DNA of 45,769 nt. Source: an uncultured Chryseosolibacter sp. Its GTDB lineage: Bacteria; Bacteroidota; Bacteroidia; Cytophagales; Cyclobacteriaceae. The notes under the pieces were generated by a model that worked only from the letters and a program-made list of their open reading frames with translations, had not been told where the DNA came from and searched no databases. The DNA lies in contig CBHTUB010000001.1 in the NCBI GenBank assembly GCA_966095595.1, positions 1 to 45,769 of the forward strand. Direction: 5' to 3'. The first letter of the stretch is position 1, and each line of letters begins with the position of its first letter. The translations under genes were made by a program, and so were the position numbers. Below, one piece after another: positions 20,102 to 28,375 of the stretch.

Positions 20102-21553
20102 TTAATTCATTAATGGCGAAAGTCTTTCGTAGAGGTCGCGGAATTTTGCGTAATGTTTCCGGTAGGTTGCGCATGCTTCTGCCCGGGGCAATACGATCTT
20201 GCTTTCTTCTTTTCGAAAAACTTCGAATGTGGGGACAACGCGCAGCGTTTTCATTCCATGGTAAGCTGCACCAATTGCCGATGCATCGCCTGTATTGAGC
20301 AGGTGAAGTTCTTTGTTAAAGACCTCTGCGATGATCTGCAGCCATTCTGATGATCTCACAAATCCTCCGCTAACGTGAATGCGGTTTACATCGAAGCTCA
20401 TCTTTTCGTATATCGAGTATAGCGCCATGGCTATTCCTTCAATGATGGCACGAACGAAATGTTTCTGCGTATGATGAGCTTGTATCCCGAAGAAAACGCC
20501 CTGAGCGGTACTGTTCCAAAGGGGCGCGCGTTCCCCGAACAGGTAGGGGAGGAACACAAGGCCGTTGCTGGCCGGCTCAACACTTTCAATCCCAGCCAAC
20601 AACTTCGAATAGTCATCTGCAGAACCTATCGGTATTCCCAGCATCGATTCGGAAAACCATTTGAGAATAACGCCACCGTTGTTCGTCGGTCCGCCGCAGA
20701 TAAACGTCTTGTCATCCAGCAGATAGTTGAATGTCATCGCCTCGAAATTGTAAAGTGGCTTTTGGCTTGCAACCCTGATGGCACCGCTTGTGCCGATGGT
20801 CAGCGCTGCAGCTTTTCCGTCGACGGCGAAGCTTCCAAGATTGGCCATACAGCCATCGCTTCCTGCTATTACGAACGGCGTATTTTCTTTCAAGCCACCG
20901 ATGTTGCCACAGTATCGGGTCTGGCTTGTGTTCACCAGGGCTGATAATTGCGCTTCATTCACACCTGCTATTGAAAGGGCGTTTGGATTCCAGCAGAGTC
21001 TCAGGATGTCCATCAAACCTGTTGCAGAGGCGATCGAGTAATCTACTTCGTAAATGTTGAACAACTTATGCCAGATGTATTCCTTGATGGATATAAATTT
21101 TGTCGCTTGCGCGAAAATGTCGGGTTTGTTCTCGCGAAACCAGATGATCTTGCACAGCGGTGACATGGCGTGAATAGGGGTTCCGGATTGTTCATATAAC
21201 ATTTCGCCAACCGATGATCTCCTGATACCGGAAGCAATGGTCGCTGCGCGGTTGTCCGCCCACACGATCGACGGTGTGAGGGCCTGGCCCTTGCTGCCTG
21301 CAAGGATGAGGCTGTGCATGGCGCAACTGATGGAGACGCCGAGTGGCTGTTGGGAAAGCGAGTCGACTACTTCCTGGATAACCACACGAAAGGCGGCCCA
21401 AACCGCTTCGGGGTCCTGTTCGCAATGATCTTCAACGTTGGTGATCAGCGAATAATTTTTTTGGCGGGACGTGATGACAACTCCGGTAGGATCAACGGCG
21501 AGTGCTTTTACGATACTGGTACCTATGTCGACGCAATTAAAGTTTTGTTCCAT
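20102..21553 (-). CDS. gntK: Gluconokinase, FGGY family
   Basis: DIGT, EQDP, AMHSLI, WADNRA, SGTPIHAMSPL and PYLFGERAPLW motifs. Adjacent to gnd. Confidence 0.88.
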   Translation of the reverse strand: MEQNFNCVDIGTSIVKALAVDPTGVVITSRQKNYSLITNVEDHCEQDPEAVWAAFRVVIQEVVDSLSQQPLGVSISCAMHSLILAGSKGQALTPSIVWADNRAATIASGIRRSSVGEMLYEQSGTPIHAMSPLCKIIWFRENKPDIFAQATKFISIKEYIWHKLFNIYEVDYSIASATGLMDILRLCWNPNALSIAGVNEAQLSALVNTSQTRYCGNIGGLKENTPFVIAGSDGCMANLGSFAVDGKAAALTIGTSGAIRVASQKPLYNFEAMTFNYLLDDKTFICGGPTNNGGVILKWFSESMLGIPIGSADDYSKLLAGIESVEPASNGLVFLPYLFGERAPLWNSTAQGVFFGIQAHHTQKHFVRAIIEGIAMALYSIYEKMSFDVNRIHVSGGFVRSSEWLQIIAEVFNKELHLLNTGDASAIGAAYHGMKTLRVVPTFEVFRKEESKIVLPRAEACATYRKHYAKFRDLYERLSPLMN

Positions 21554-21576
21554 CGATTAAAATCCAACCAATATAT

Positions 21577-21608
21577 AAAAAACTAAGGGCATCCTCTTGA
21601 GGATGCCC
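21577..21608 (-). terminator. Intrinsic terminator after DoxX gene
   Basis: gggcatcctc/gaggatgccc perfect stem followed by ttagtttttt on the minus strand. Confidence 0.75.
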
Positions 21609-21636
21609 CTGGCTCGGTATAGGTAAAATGAGGTGT

Positions 21637-22086
21637 TCAGGAGCTTGCCTCCATTTCTCTTCTTCGCTTGGCATCTATCGAATAGCGCCCTGCTCCAAAA
21701 ATCATAAATATGATCAGGCCAGCCAGTACGATCAACGAGATCTCCAATTCCATGTGATTACCAACGGAAAGGAATCCCTTCGGATAATTGACCATGAACA
21801 CCGCACCGATCAAAATGGGCAATTGAATCAGACAAGCTATTCGTGTGAACAGCCCGAATGCGATCAGCGGTCCGCCCAATATATGAGCGAATACCACGTA
21901 GTGTGCGAGCGCTGCGCCTGCAAAGTAAAGGTTTGCACCTTGCGTAGTCATTTCCAACTCACCCATGTTCGTGATGAAATGAAAACCTTTATAGGTGATA
22001 AAAATTCCCAGCGCAATACGGAAAATATCCAGAAAGTTAGGGCGATGATTGTTACCCCACCTCTCAACGTCGGTGACAACACTCAT
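21637..22086 (-). CDS. DoxX family membrane protein
   Basis: RIALG, GLFTRIA and GAGRYSID motifs with about 4 TM segments. Start set at ATG 22086 (MSVVTDVERW). Confidence 0.88.
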   Translation of the reverse strand: MSVVTDVERWGNNHRPNFLDIFRIALGIFITYKGFHFITNMGELEMTTQGANLYFAGAALAHYVVFAHILGGPLIAFGLFTRIACLIQLPILIGAVFMVNYPKGFLSVGNHMELEISLIVLAGLIIFMIFGAGRYSIDAKRRREMEASS

Positions 22087-22157
22087 AGCGTTAAAAATTG
22101 TTGATATACAAAGTTTACTAAAATAAACTCTGAAAAGCAACATAATTCGCCGTTGTG

Positions 22158-23063
22158 TCAGGATTCGGAATTGCCAGCGTCAGGATACTGTTTTACGGTT
22201 GGTAACTCCGTCTTTCTTTTATACCATTTCCACAAACCTCCGAATAATCCTGCAATGGCAAGGCCAATCACTTTGATGTATTTCAGAAGAAAAGCAAATA
22301 CGCCGACTTTTGCGAGAACTTTGCCGGCTACCAGACCACCCACGGTCCAGGCGGCAACTTCATCGATGTCCGGATTGAAATCTGAATATTTGTTGCCCTC
22401 CGAGAATTCGAAGGATGATAACATCGGGGAAATGCTTTTCTGAACTTCGGGAAGCTCGGGCATTGAAGCGACAGCATTTAACACCACAACCCCTTTTCGT
22501 CCCAGTACCCTCACGTTGTAGTTCAGCGTGTTGACTTCGTTTTCGCCGAATCTCAGTTCTTTTGCCCAGTGTAATACTTTTTTCTCGGTGTCGTAGTAGG
22601 GTTTTGCCGCCCAGCCCACCAGTGATATCTTTTCGTATCCAAGCTTAACCCGCTCCTCATTTTCTGTCTCTGTATCGGCTTGCATTTCTTCGAGGAGGTC
22701 GTCATAATCGATATCGTCTGCATCGTCGTCTTTTACATAACCCATCTCATCATAGGTGATGATAAAGGCCCAGGAGTTGTCTGCAAGTACTCCGATGTTG
22801 TTGGGAACGATCATACCGAGAGATCCTGATCCGTCGGGATTGCCCCAAAGGTCTTTCAGTACATATTCTGTTTGCTTTTCATCCAGGTATCTGAAACCTT
22901 CCGGAACGGTCAATGTGCCGATACCATTTGAAAGCTCGATACGGCCTTGCTGATAGTTCAGAGAGGCTTCAATGCTTTCGATAGCCAATTGCATGGAGTC
23001 GATCTCCTGCGCTTTGGCACTAAGGGCTAAGGTCAGACAGAATAAGAATAGAAGTCTTTTCAT
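22158..23063 (-). CDS. DUF2167 domain membrane-anchored protein
   Basis: Signal peptide, WGNP, GYVKDDDA, LNYNVRVLGRKG, G.KYSDF and a C-terminal TM with basic tail. Confidence 0.88.
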   Translation of the reverse strand: MKRLLFLFCLTLALSAKAQEIDSMQLAIESIEASLNYQQGRIELSNGIGTLTVPEGFRYLDEKQTEYVLKDLWGNPDGSGSLGMIVPNNIGVLADNSWAFIITYDEMGYVKDDDADDIDYDDLLEEMQADTETENEERVKLGYEKISLVGWAAKPYYDTEKKVLHWAKELRFGENEVNTLNYNVRVLGRKGVVVLNAVASMPELPEVQKSISPMLSSFEFSEGNKYSDFNPDIDEVAAWTVGGLVAGKVLAKVGVFAFLLKYIKVIGLAIAGLFGGLWKWYKRKTELPTVKQYPDAGNSES

Positions 23064-23136
23064 TGTAGTAAATTTTTATCAAATACTACAATCGCTGTTT
23101 CCCGGACAAGGTCCCGTAAGTTTTTACCGCTGATTC

Positions 23137-23167
23137 AAAAAAAAACCCGCTCTTGGGGAGCAGGTTT
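23137..23167 (-). terminator. Intrinsic terminator after RRM gene
   Basis: Minus strand aaacctgctc-ccaa-gagcgggttt continuing as a T9 tract. Confidence 0.8.
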
Positions 23168-23195
23168 CCGGTCTGAAAAAATATCAGTTGAGTTC

Positions 23196-23528
23196 TTAGT
23201 ATTCGTTGTTGCTTGGTCTGCGGTTGTATCCACCGCCGCTATTGCCACCCCTGTATCCACCACCACCGCCGCTGCGAGGAGCATCAGTTTTGGGTCTGGC
23301 TTCGTTCACTACTAATACTTTACCGAGGAAGTTGAAACCGTTCAGGCTTGTGATGGCCTGGCGGGCAGCAGATTCGTCAGCCATTTCGATGAAACCGAAA
23401 CCTCTGCTGCGTTGCGTAACTTTGTCCATGATGATTTTGGCGGAAGAAACTTCGCCATGCTCTTCAAATAATGCCCTCAATTCCTGTTCGGATGCCTTAA
23501 AAGGGATGTTGGCAACATAAATGTTCAT
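23196..23528 (-). CDS. RRM RNA-binding protein with Gly-rich tail
   Basis: RNP2 IYVANI, RNP1 RGFGFIEM, VNEARP and GGGGYRGG tail. Confidence 0.95.
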   Translation of the reverse strand: MNIYVANIPFKASEQELRALFEEHGEVSSAKIIMDKVTQRSRGFGFIEMADESAARQAITSLNGFNFLGKVLVVNEARPKTDAPRSGGGGGYRGGNSGGGYNRRPSNNEY

Positions 23529-23724
23529 TGTTTTAAAAAAGATAAATGAGAAAATAAACTATCGTAAAACTGAAGCTTTTGTCTGGTATACACAACTACA
23601 AGGAGAAGCGGCACAGAAAAGAAAATTCAATTAAACGTTATAAAGGTAATAAAAAATTAAATAATAAAATAAGCAAGCATTTCGTGAGATTTTTCCGTGA
23701 AATGCTCCTGCAAGGGCAAATTTG

Positions 23725-23829
23725 TTAGCGTTTGTTTCGGAAAATAGCCCGAAATATCAACACAAAGGCAATTCCCCCAATACACATTACAACTATTACT
23801 TCGGGCGTGATCAGTTTGGTGGCGTGCAT
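23725..23829 (-). CDS. Unannotated 34-aa single-pass membrane protein
   Basis: MHATKLITPEVIVVMCIGGIAFVLIFRAIFRNKR*: hydrophobic core plus basic tail. Promoter element 18 nt upstream, A at -3. Confidence 0.65.
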   Translation of the reverse strand: MHATKLITPEVIVVMCIGGIAFVLIFRAIFRNKR

Positions 23830-23847
23830 CTTAAAATCTGTAAGGCA

Positions 23848-23855
23848 CAAAGATA
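23848..23855 (-). promoter_or_regulatory. Bacteroidota -7 element (TATCTTTG) upstream of small ORF
   Basis: Exact TAnnTTTG match in intergenic DNA. Confidence 0.65.
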
Positions 23856-23877
23856 GCCTGTAAGACTCAACGTTTTG

Positions 23878-25875
23878 CTAGAAACGCACCATCATTTGAC
23901 ACTTCACATCCTTCTGTTGTTGGATGTCCGCCTCCGGATCGGTGGCCTCCAATTGGGTTTCAGCATATCGCATCCATAGGCTGATCACTTTGCTCAGCTG
24001 GTATTCCACCATCAGGAACTTTCGCGTTCCACTATTCTGATAGGCAGGGAAGGAGTACGCCATTAGCATGTCGCTCTCGTAGGAATATTGCCTGTTGTCG
24101 AAGTTGTCCGTATCGAACAGTGCGTAACGCGCCGTTACCTTGAATTTTCCCTGTTTCACGACTACGTCTTGTGTCAGCGCCATACCCGAAGAATATCCCG
24201 TCGAATTGATCTCAGACACCTGAAACCGGCTTTTCAGCCTGATCTTTTCATTTATCCAGTACTCCGCGTTTAAACAAATATTGGTCTTGGCCACATCCGT
24301 GATGTTATATAGTGGTCCATCCCGCGGAGAATTTTTTCTTTTCTGCTCTCGTCGCCATTGCGCGTAAAGCAGGGTTTTTCTGGACGGCTGATATTGGAAT
24401 CTCCCGAAGAGTTCGCTGCCGGACGACGGTTGATATGTGCCGAACTTTAGCCACGGAAATCTGAACAGGTCGATGTATGCCGAGGTCGTATATCGTTTAT
24501 TCATTTTCCATTTCAGGCCCCAATACATTCCGATTTCATTCTGCGCTTTTGTGTTCTCTGAAAGGGCATTAGAGTAGATGGAGACGAAGCTGCGCTGGTA
24601 ATTCCTGAAAAGGATCGCTGCGTCCAGCGCCCGGGACATGCTCGCCAACGCCCCGGCTAACATACCAAAGCCGCCATTCGCCACATGGGCAGCTTCACCG
24701 AAGATGCTTACGTTGTCAGCAGTGGCCGAGAAAAACACGCCGGAATTCAATAAGTGTGAGCCTTTAAACGAGAACTGATTATACGGCTTCGATGCCTTGC
24801 CCGACGGGATGCTGTATTCGATCCGGTTGAGAATAATGCCAGCTTCGAGCTGACCGCGACGATATTCCGCGATCGCTCCGTAACTGATCTCCCGGATCGC
24901 TTTCCGTCGGAGGAGCTCATTTGCGTTTCGGTGAAGTCCGCTAACGATGATGGATGAGAAGCCGGTGGAGTCATCGTTTATGGAGGCATCACGTTTCGTG
25001 TTCGAGTAAAAAGCCGAAAGGTTGACATGAGGGAATACGGTGATCGTGGTTGCAAGCCCGCGCATGTATCCGGCTTCGTTCGCCGAGGTGTAGGGAAGAA
25101 AGCCGATATTCGACTTACGGATGGCCGTAATGGTTTCCGCTCCTTTTCCGAAGCCAAATCCGCTGCCGAGGATGAGCCCCTGTCCGAACTGATATTGATA
25201 GTCACCGGCGATGAGATTCCGGAGCCACCTTTTATTTACTATCTGCGCATGCATCGACACATAATCGAAAGCAAAATATTTCTTCTCCGGCTGCCATTTA
25301 ATTTCTTCCCCGGCATCTTTTTCGAGCGTGAAGCCGACGCTGTAATCGTTTATCGACGAAGCCCGGAATTTCGAGTAAAGCCTATCGTCTGACCCTGCGA
25401 AATTTCCAGCATCGTTTGCGCTTTCGAGACGTCGTTCCCAACGCGTGATAAAGTACACGTCTGCGCTGGTTAGGCGATGGAGGAAGGCCCGGTCAACATT
25501 TTCCTTCGGGTCCCTTGCGACAACGAAAGGTTGAATCCTGCGAATGGTTTCCAGATCAAATGAAGGTATCGATTGAAGTTCGTAGATGCTGAGCAACGGT
25601 CCGTATTTATTGATGTGGGTACCTAGTTCGAAGATCTGTTGATCAGTCAGAATTCCAGGGAGCCTCAGCTCAGCTGAAGTGGCTTTGTTGATGTTCAGGG
25701 GAGAAGAAAATAGTTGCGCATAGTTCTCATACTTATTTTCATAGTCGATATTTTCATCCTGAAAACTTAGCAGGTCATCTGTAAGCCTCGACAAATCGAC
25801 ATTGTCTTTGGGATTATCCTGTGCCACGGCATGCAACATCACGGGAATAAATATGGCGAGCAGTGTCCACTTCAT
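23878..25875 (-). CDS. Helix-hairpin-helix (ComEA-like) domain outer-membrane beta-barrel protein
   Basis: Signal peptide and PLNINKATSAEL...YGPLLSIYELQSIPSF HhH domain. Then alternating beta-strand pattern, EKDAGE, and terminal Phe. Confidence 0.8.
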   Translation of the reverse strand: MKWTLLAIFIPVMLHAVAQDNPKDNVDLSRLTDDLLSFQDENIDYENKYENYAQLFSSPLNINKATSAELRLPGILTDQQIFELGTHINKYGPLLSIYELQSIPSFDLETIRRIQPFVVARDPKENVDRAFLHRLTSADVYFITRWERRLESANDAGNFAGSDDRLYSKFRASSINDYSVGFTLEKDAGEEIKWQPEKKYFAFDYVSMHAQIVNKRWLRNLIAGDYQYQFGQGLILGSGFGFGKGAETITAIRKSNIGFLPYTSANEAGYMRGLATTITVFPHVNLSAFYSNTKRDASINDDSTGFSSIIVSGLHRNANELLRRKAIREISYGAIAEYRRGQLEAGIILNRIEYSIPSGKASKPYNQFSFKGSHLLNSGVFFSATADNVSIFGEAAHVANGGFGMLAGALASMSRALDAAILFRNYQRSFVSIYSNALSENTKAQNEIGMYWGLKWKMNKRYTTSAYIDLFRFPWLKFGTYQPSSGSELFGRFQYQPSRKTLLYAQWRREQKRKNSPRDGPLYNITDVAKTNICLNAEYWINEKIRLKSRFQVSEINSTGYSSGMALTQDVVVKQGKFKVTARYALFDTDNFDNRQYSYESDMLMAYSFPAYQNSGTRKFLMVEYQLSKVISLWMRYAETQLEATDPEADIQQQKDVKCQMMVRF

Positions 25876-26660
25876 TTTTTTCTGGCTTGAATGGACATGG
25901 ATATCTGATGGCTCAGGCCCAATTGCAGGTGGTATTGCGTCGCATATGCGAGCCTGAGCTTACGGATGTGGAAAGAGCAACCGGCAAACGCTGCGTTCGG
26001 GTTGATGTTGAATCCAGTTCGTACCGTGAATTTTTTATGCAATTTGTATTCGATGCCTCCCTTGTACAACAATTCCGCATCGAGATCTTTTTCAACTTCG
26101 GTGGTGAGAAATGTCTTCCCGGAAGGTTTCCATGCGATGCCGAGATACATCCTTGTCGGAATAGACTCTGCTGATCCGTCGCCGCCGATGTTGGGCTGGT
26201 TTACATTGGACAGAAACGAGCCCACGAAAAGCCGCGGAGTTATTTTTGCAATGCCCCCTAAGCCAACCGTAAATACGCCGCGTGTACCGAAATTTTCTGC
26301 CTGATATTGAATATAGTTGATCTTTGCGCCGAGTGATGCCAATCCGAGGGTGTTTGCATAACCTGCTGAAACGATTTGTTCGCTGTAGAGTTCGTCCCCA
26401 AAGCGGAAAGCCGAGACCCCGAGGCCGCCACCGAACAACGGAGTGGTTACTGTAAATGAGGTGCGGTCGAAAGGCTTGAAAGATGGATAAGTACTATATG
26501 CAGCTGCAACCGTTAACGATTCTATTTCAGAAAGACCGGCAACATTACTTGTAATTGACCACTCGTTGAAGAGACACGTGGAAGAATTTCCAATGGCCAT
26601 CGATTCAGCTCCCATGATGGGTGAGGAGCTTTGCGCATACGACAATGCATATGCCACCAT
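25872..26660 (-). CDS. PorV/PorQ/FadL-like outer-membrane beta-barrel protein (hypothetical)
   Basis: GAESMAIG...SNVAGL resembles the GARxMxMG...NPAGL N-terminus of this group. Amphipathic strands, 4-nt overlap with the HhH gene. True start may be upstream. Confidence 0.65.
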   Translation of the reverse strand: MVAYALSYAQSSSPIMGAESMAIGNSSTCLFNEWSITSNVAGLSEIESLTVAAAYSTYPSFKPFDRTSFTVTTPLFGGGLGVSAFRFGDELYSEQIVSAGYANTLGLASLGAKINYIQYQAENFGTRGVFTVGLGGIAKITPRLFVGSFLSNVNQPNIGGDGSAESIPTRMYLGIAWKPSGKTFLTTEVEKDLDAELLYKGGIEYKLHKKFTVRTGFNINPNAAFAGCSFHIRKLRLAYATQYHLQLGLSHQISMSIQARKK

Positions 26661-26873
26661 TAGAGAGAGGACTAGAATTGGTTTTATAACACTCGTGTTA
26701 TACTGAGCGTCAAGTTAATTTTTTGTTTCGGATAAGCAAGCGCTTTGGTCCGCCGATCACATGACGTATAATTTCACCGGGTGATTATTTCCGCAAGGTA
26801 AAACGCGGCTCGGACATCCAATAATAGTTGTTCGTTGAATGCGAATTTCGTAATGAGCTCTCGACATTGTAAC

Positions 26874-28343
26874 CTAAAACTCCCTACGGATATGAAAGAA
26901 AAATCCATTTTCTCCTTCTGCGTTGAAGGTGTATTCAAAACGAAGCACTACATCATAAGAGCTGACCACGTCGAATCCGAAACCTGTTCCCTGTAACAAT
27001 TTGTCGGTGAGTCGCTGATTCAGGCCTAACGTTTCGTAATCGTCGTAGTTCTTCACATATCCGAAGTCCGCATAGGTCTTGAAATATATGGCGAGTGGAA
27101 TATGGCGGAATTGTTCGATCGGCATAGCCTTCCAGTGGTACCTGTTCGAGAAGATCAGCTTTTTGAATGTGGTCTTGTTGAGAAAGAAGAAAGGGCCCTC
27201 TATCACATAGATCTCATATCCCCTCACGAATTGCTTTTTGATACCAAGTATACCGTAGTTGATATACGAAAGGTTCGACGGATCGCTTGCGTAAAGCACC
27301 AGGTTGTTCGAGGCGAAGAATCCTTTTCTCAGGTCGATGTATTTTGAAAATGAAAGGGTGGCTTCATACTTATTCAGCTGGTCTGAGGCGAGCAGACCGT
27401 TCTTTGTCGCGTACAGGGAAAGGAAGTGGCCCTTCAACGGGTACGCGATGAAGTCGCGATGATCTGACAAAAACCCGTAGGTGATTGACGCATAGCTTTG
27501 ACTGGTTTCCCCATCTTCTTTTAAATAGAGCGGATTCAGGGTCTTGACGGTATCTTCAAAAGACGTGTGGTAGTATTCAACTTTTAAAGAGTGGGTTTGA
27601 TAGAAGGAATTGCGATAGGAATAGGTGACACTTCCGAATTGGTTTGTTCGCAGGATATGATCCGATTTTAGAAATTCATATTTGTGCTCCGTGGTCCTTA
27701 CGGCAAGGTTCTTTGTTTCCAGAAAGGTGAAATCGAATGTAAGTCCGTGCTTCTGGGTCTTGTCGATATAGGGAACCTTGTACATCAGCTCGAAGCGACG
27801 CTGAAATCCGCCCTGGCCATGAAGGCGAAGGGTTTCATTTCTGCCCCGTACGTTGTATTGGTATAACCGCAGGCCGTAGTTGACCCGTTTGAAATCATGG
27901 TTGTAGTTTTGCCACCACTCGTTAAAATTCCTGTCGGCGAGCTCAAAGATCGGAGCCGGGAAAGTATACCATCGTTCATGTATTTCGATGACCAGGTCTA
28001 CTTTCATCAACTCGAGTTCCACCATGCGGATCTCGACGGTGTTGAATAGCCGTGTATTGAGAAGCTTTTTTCGGTCGAGGTCGAGGATGTCAGGGATGTC
28101 TGCGCTGAACACCACATCGCCCTGCTTCAGGGAGAGCTCACGCAGGATCACAGGATCTCTTGTGATCCGTGTCCCTACGATAAAAATGCGATTGATCTGA
28201 AGAAATCGCCCAACCTTGAGCGTGTCGGTCTTAACTGCTTTTTTCGGTCTCTTTATGGAATCGGCAACGATGTCCGGTTCAAAATGATAGGTGCTATCAC
28301 ATGAAGAAAACAGACTCAAAAAATTGATCAGTAAAACCAGCAT
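26874..28343 (-). CDS. Omp85 (BamA/TamA-like) family protein with a single POTRA domain
   Basis: IFIVG..ITRDPVILRELSLKQG...LLNTRLFNTV POTRA, VRGYE lid-loop motif, GTGFGF, terminal Phe. Confidence 0.82.
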   Translation of the reverse strand: MLVLLINFLSLFSSCDSTYHFEPDIVADSIKRPKKAVKTDTLKVGRFLQINRIFIVGTRITRDPVILRELSLKQGDVVFSADIPDILDLDRKKLLNTRLFNTVEIRMVELELMKVDLVIEIHERWYTFPAPIFELADRNFNEWWQNYNHDFKRVNYGLRLYQYNVRGRNETLRLHGQGGFQRRFELMYKVPYIDKTQKHGLTFDFTFLETKNLAVRTTEHKYEFLKSDHILRTNQFGSVTYSYRNSFYQTHSLKVEYYHTSFEDTVKTLNPLYLKEDGETSQSYASITYGFLSDHRDFIAYPLKGHFLSLYATKNGLLASDQLNKYEATLSFSKYIDLRKGFFASNNLVLYASDPSNLSYINYGILGIKKQFVRGYEIYVIEGPFFFLNKTTFKKLIFSNRYHWKAMPIEQFRHIPLAIYFKTYADFGYVKNYDDYETLGLNQRLTDKLLQGTGFGFDVVSSYDVVLRFEYTFNAEGENGFFFHIRREF

Positions 28344-28375
28344 CGCTCCCGTTCATTTACCCCGCCGTTTGGATG

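Noticed and set aside
26757-26867. 36-aa minus-strand ORF MSRAHYEIRIQ...
   Set aside because: No TM, signal or motif, and it overlaps probable promoter DNA. Likely chance.
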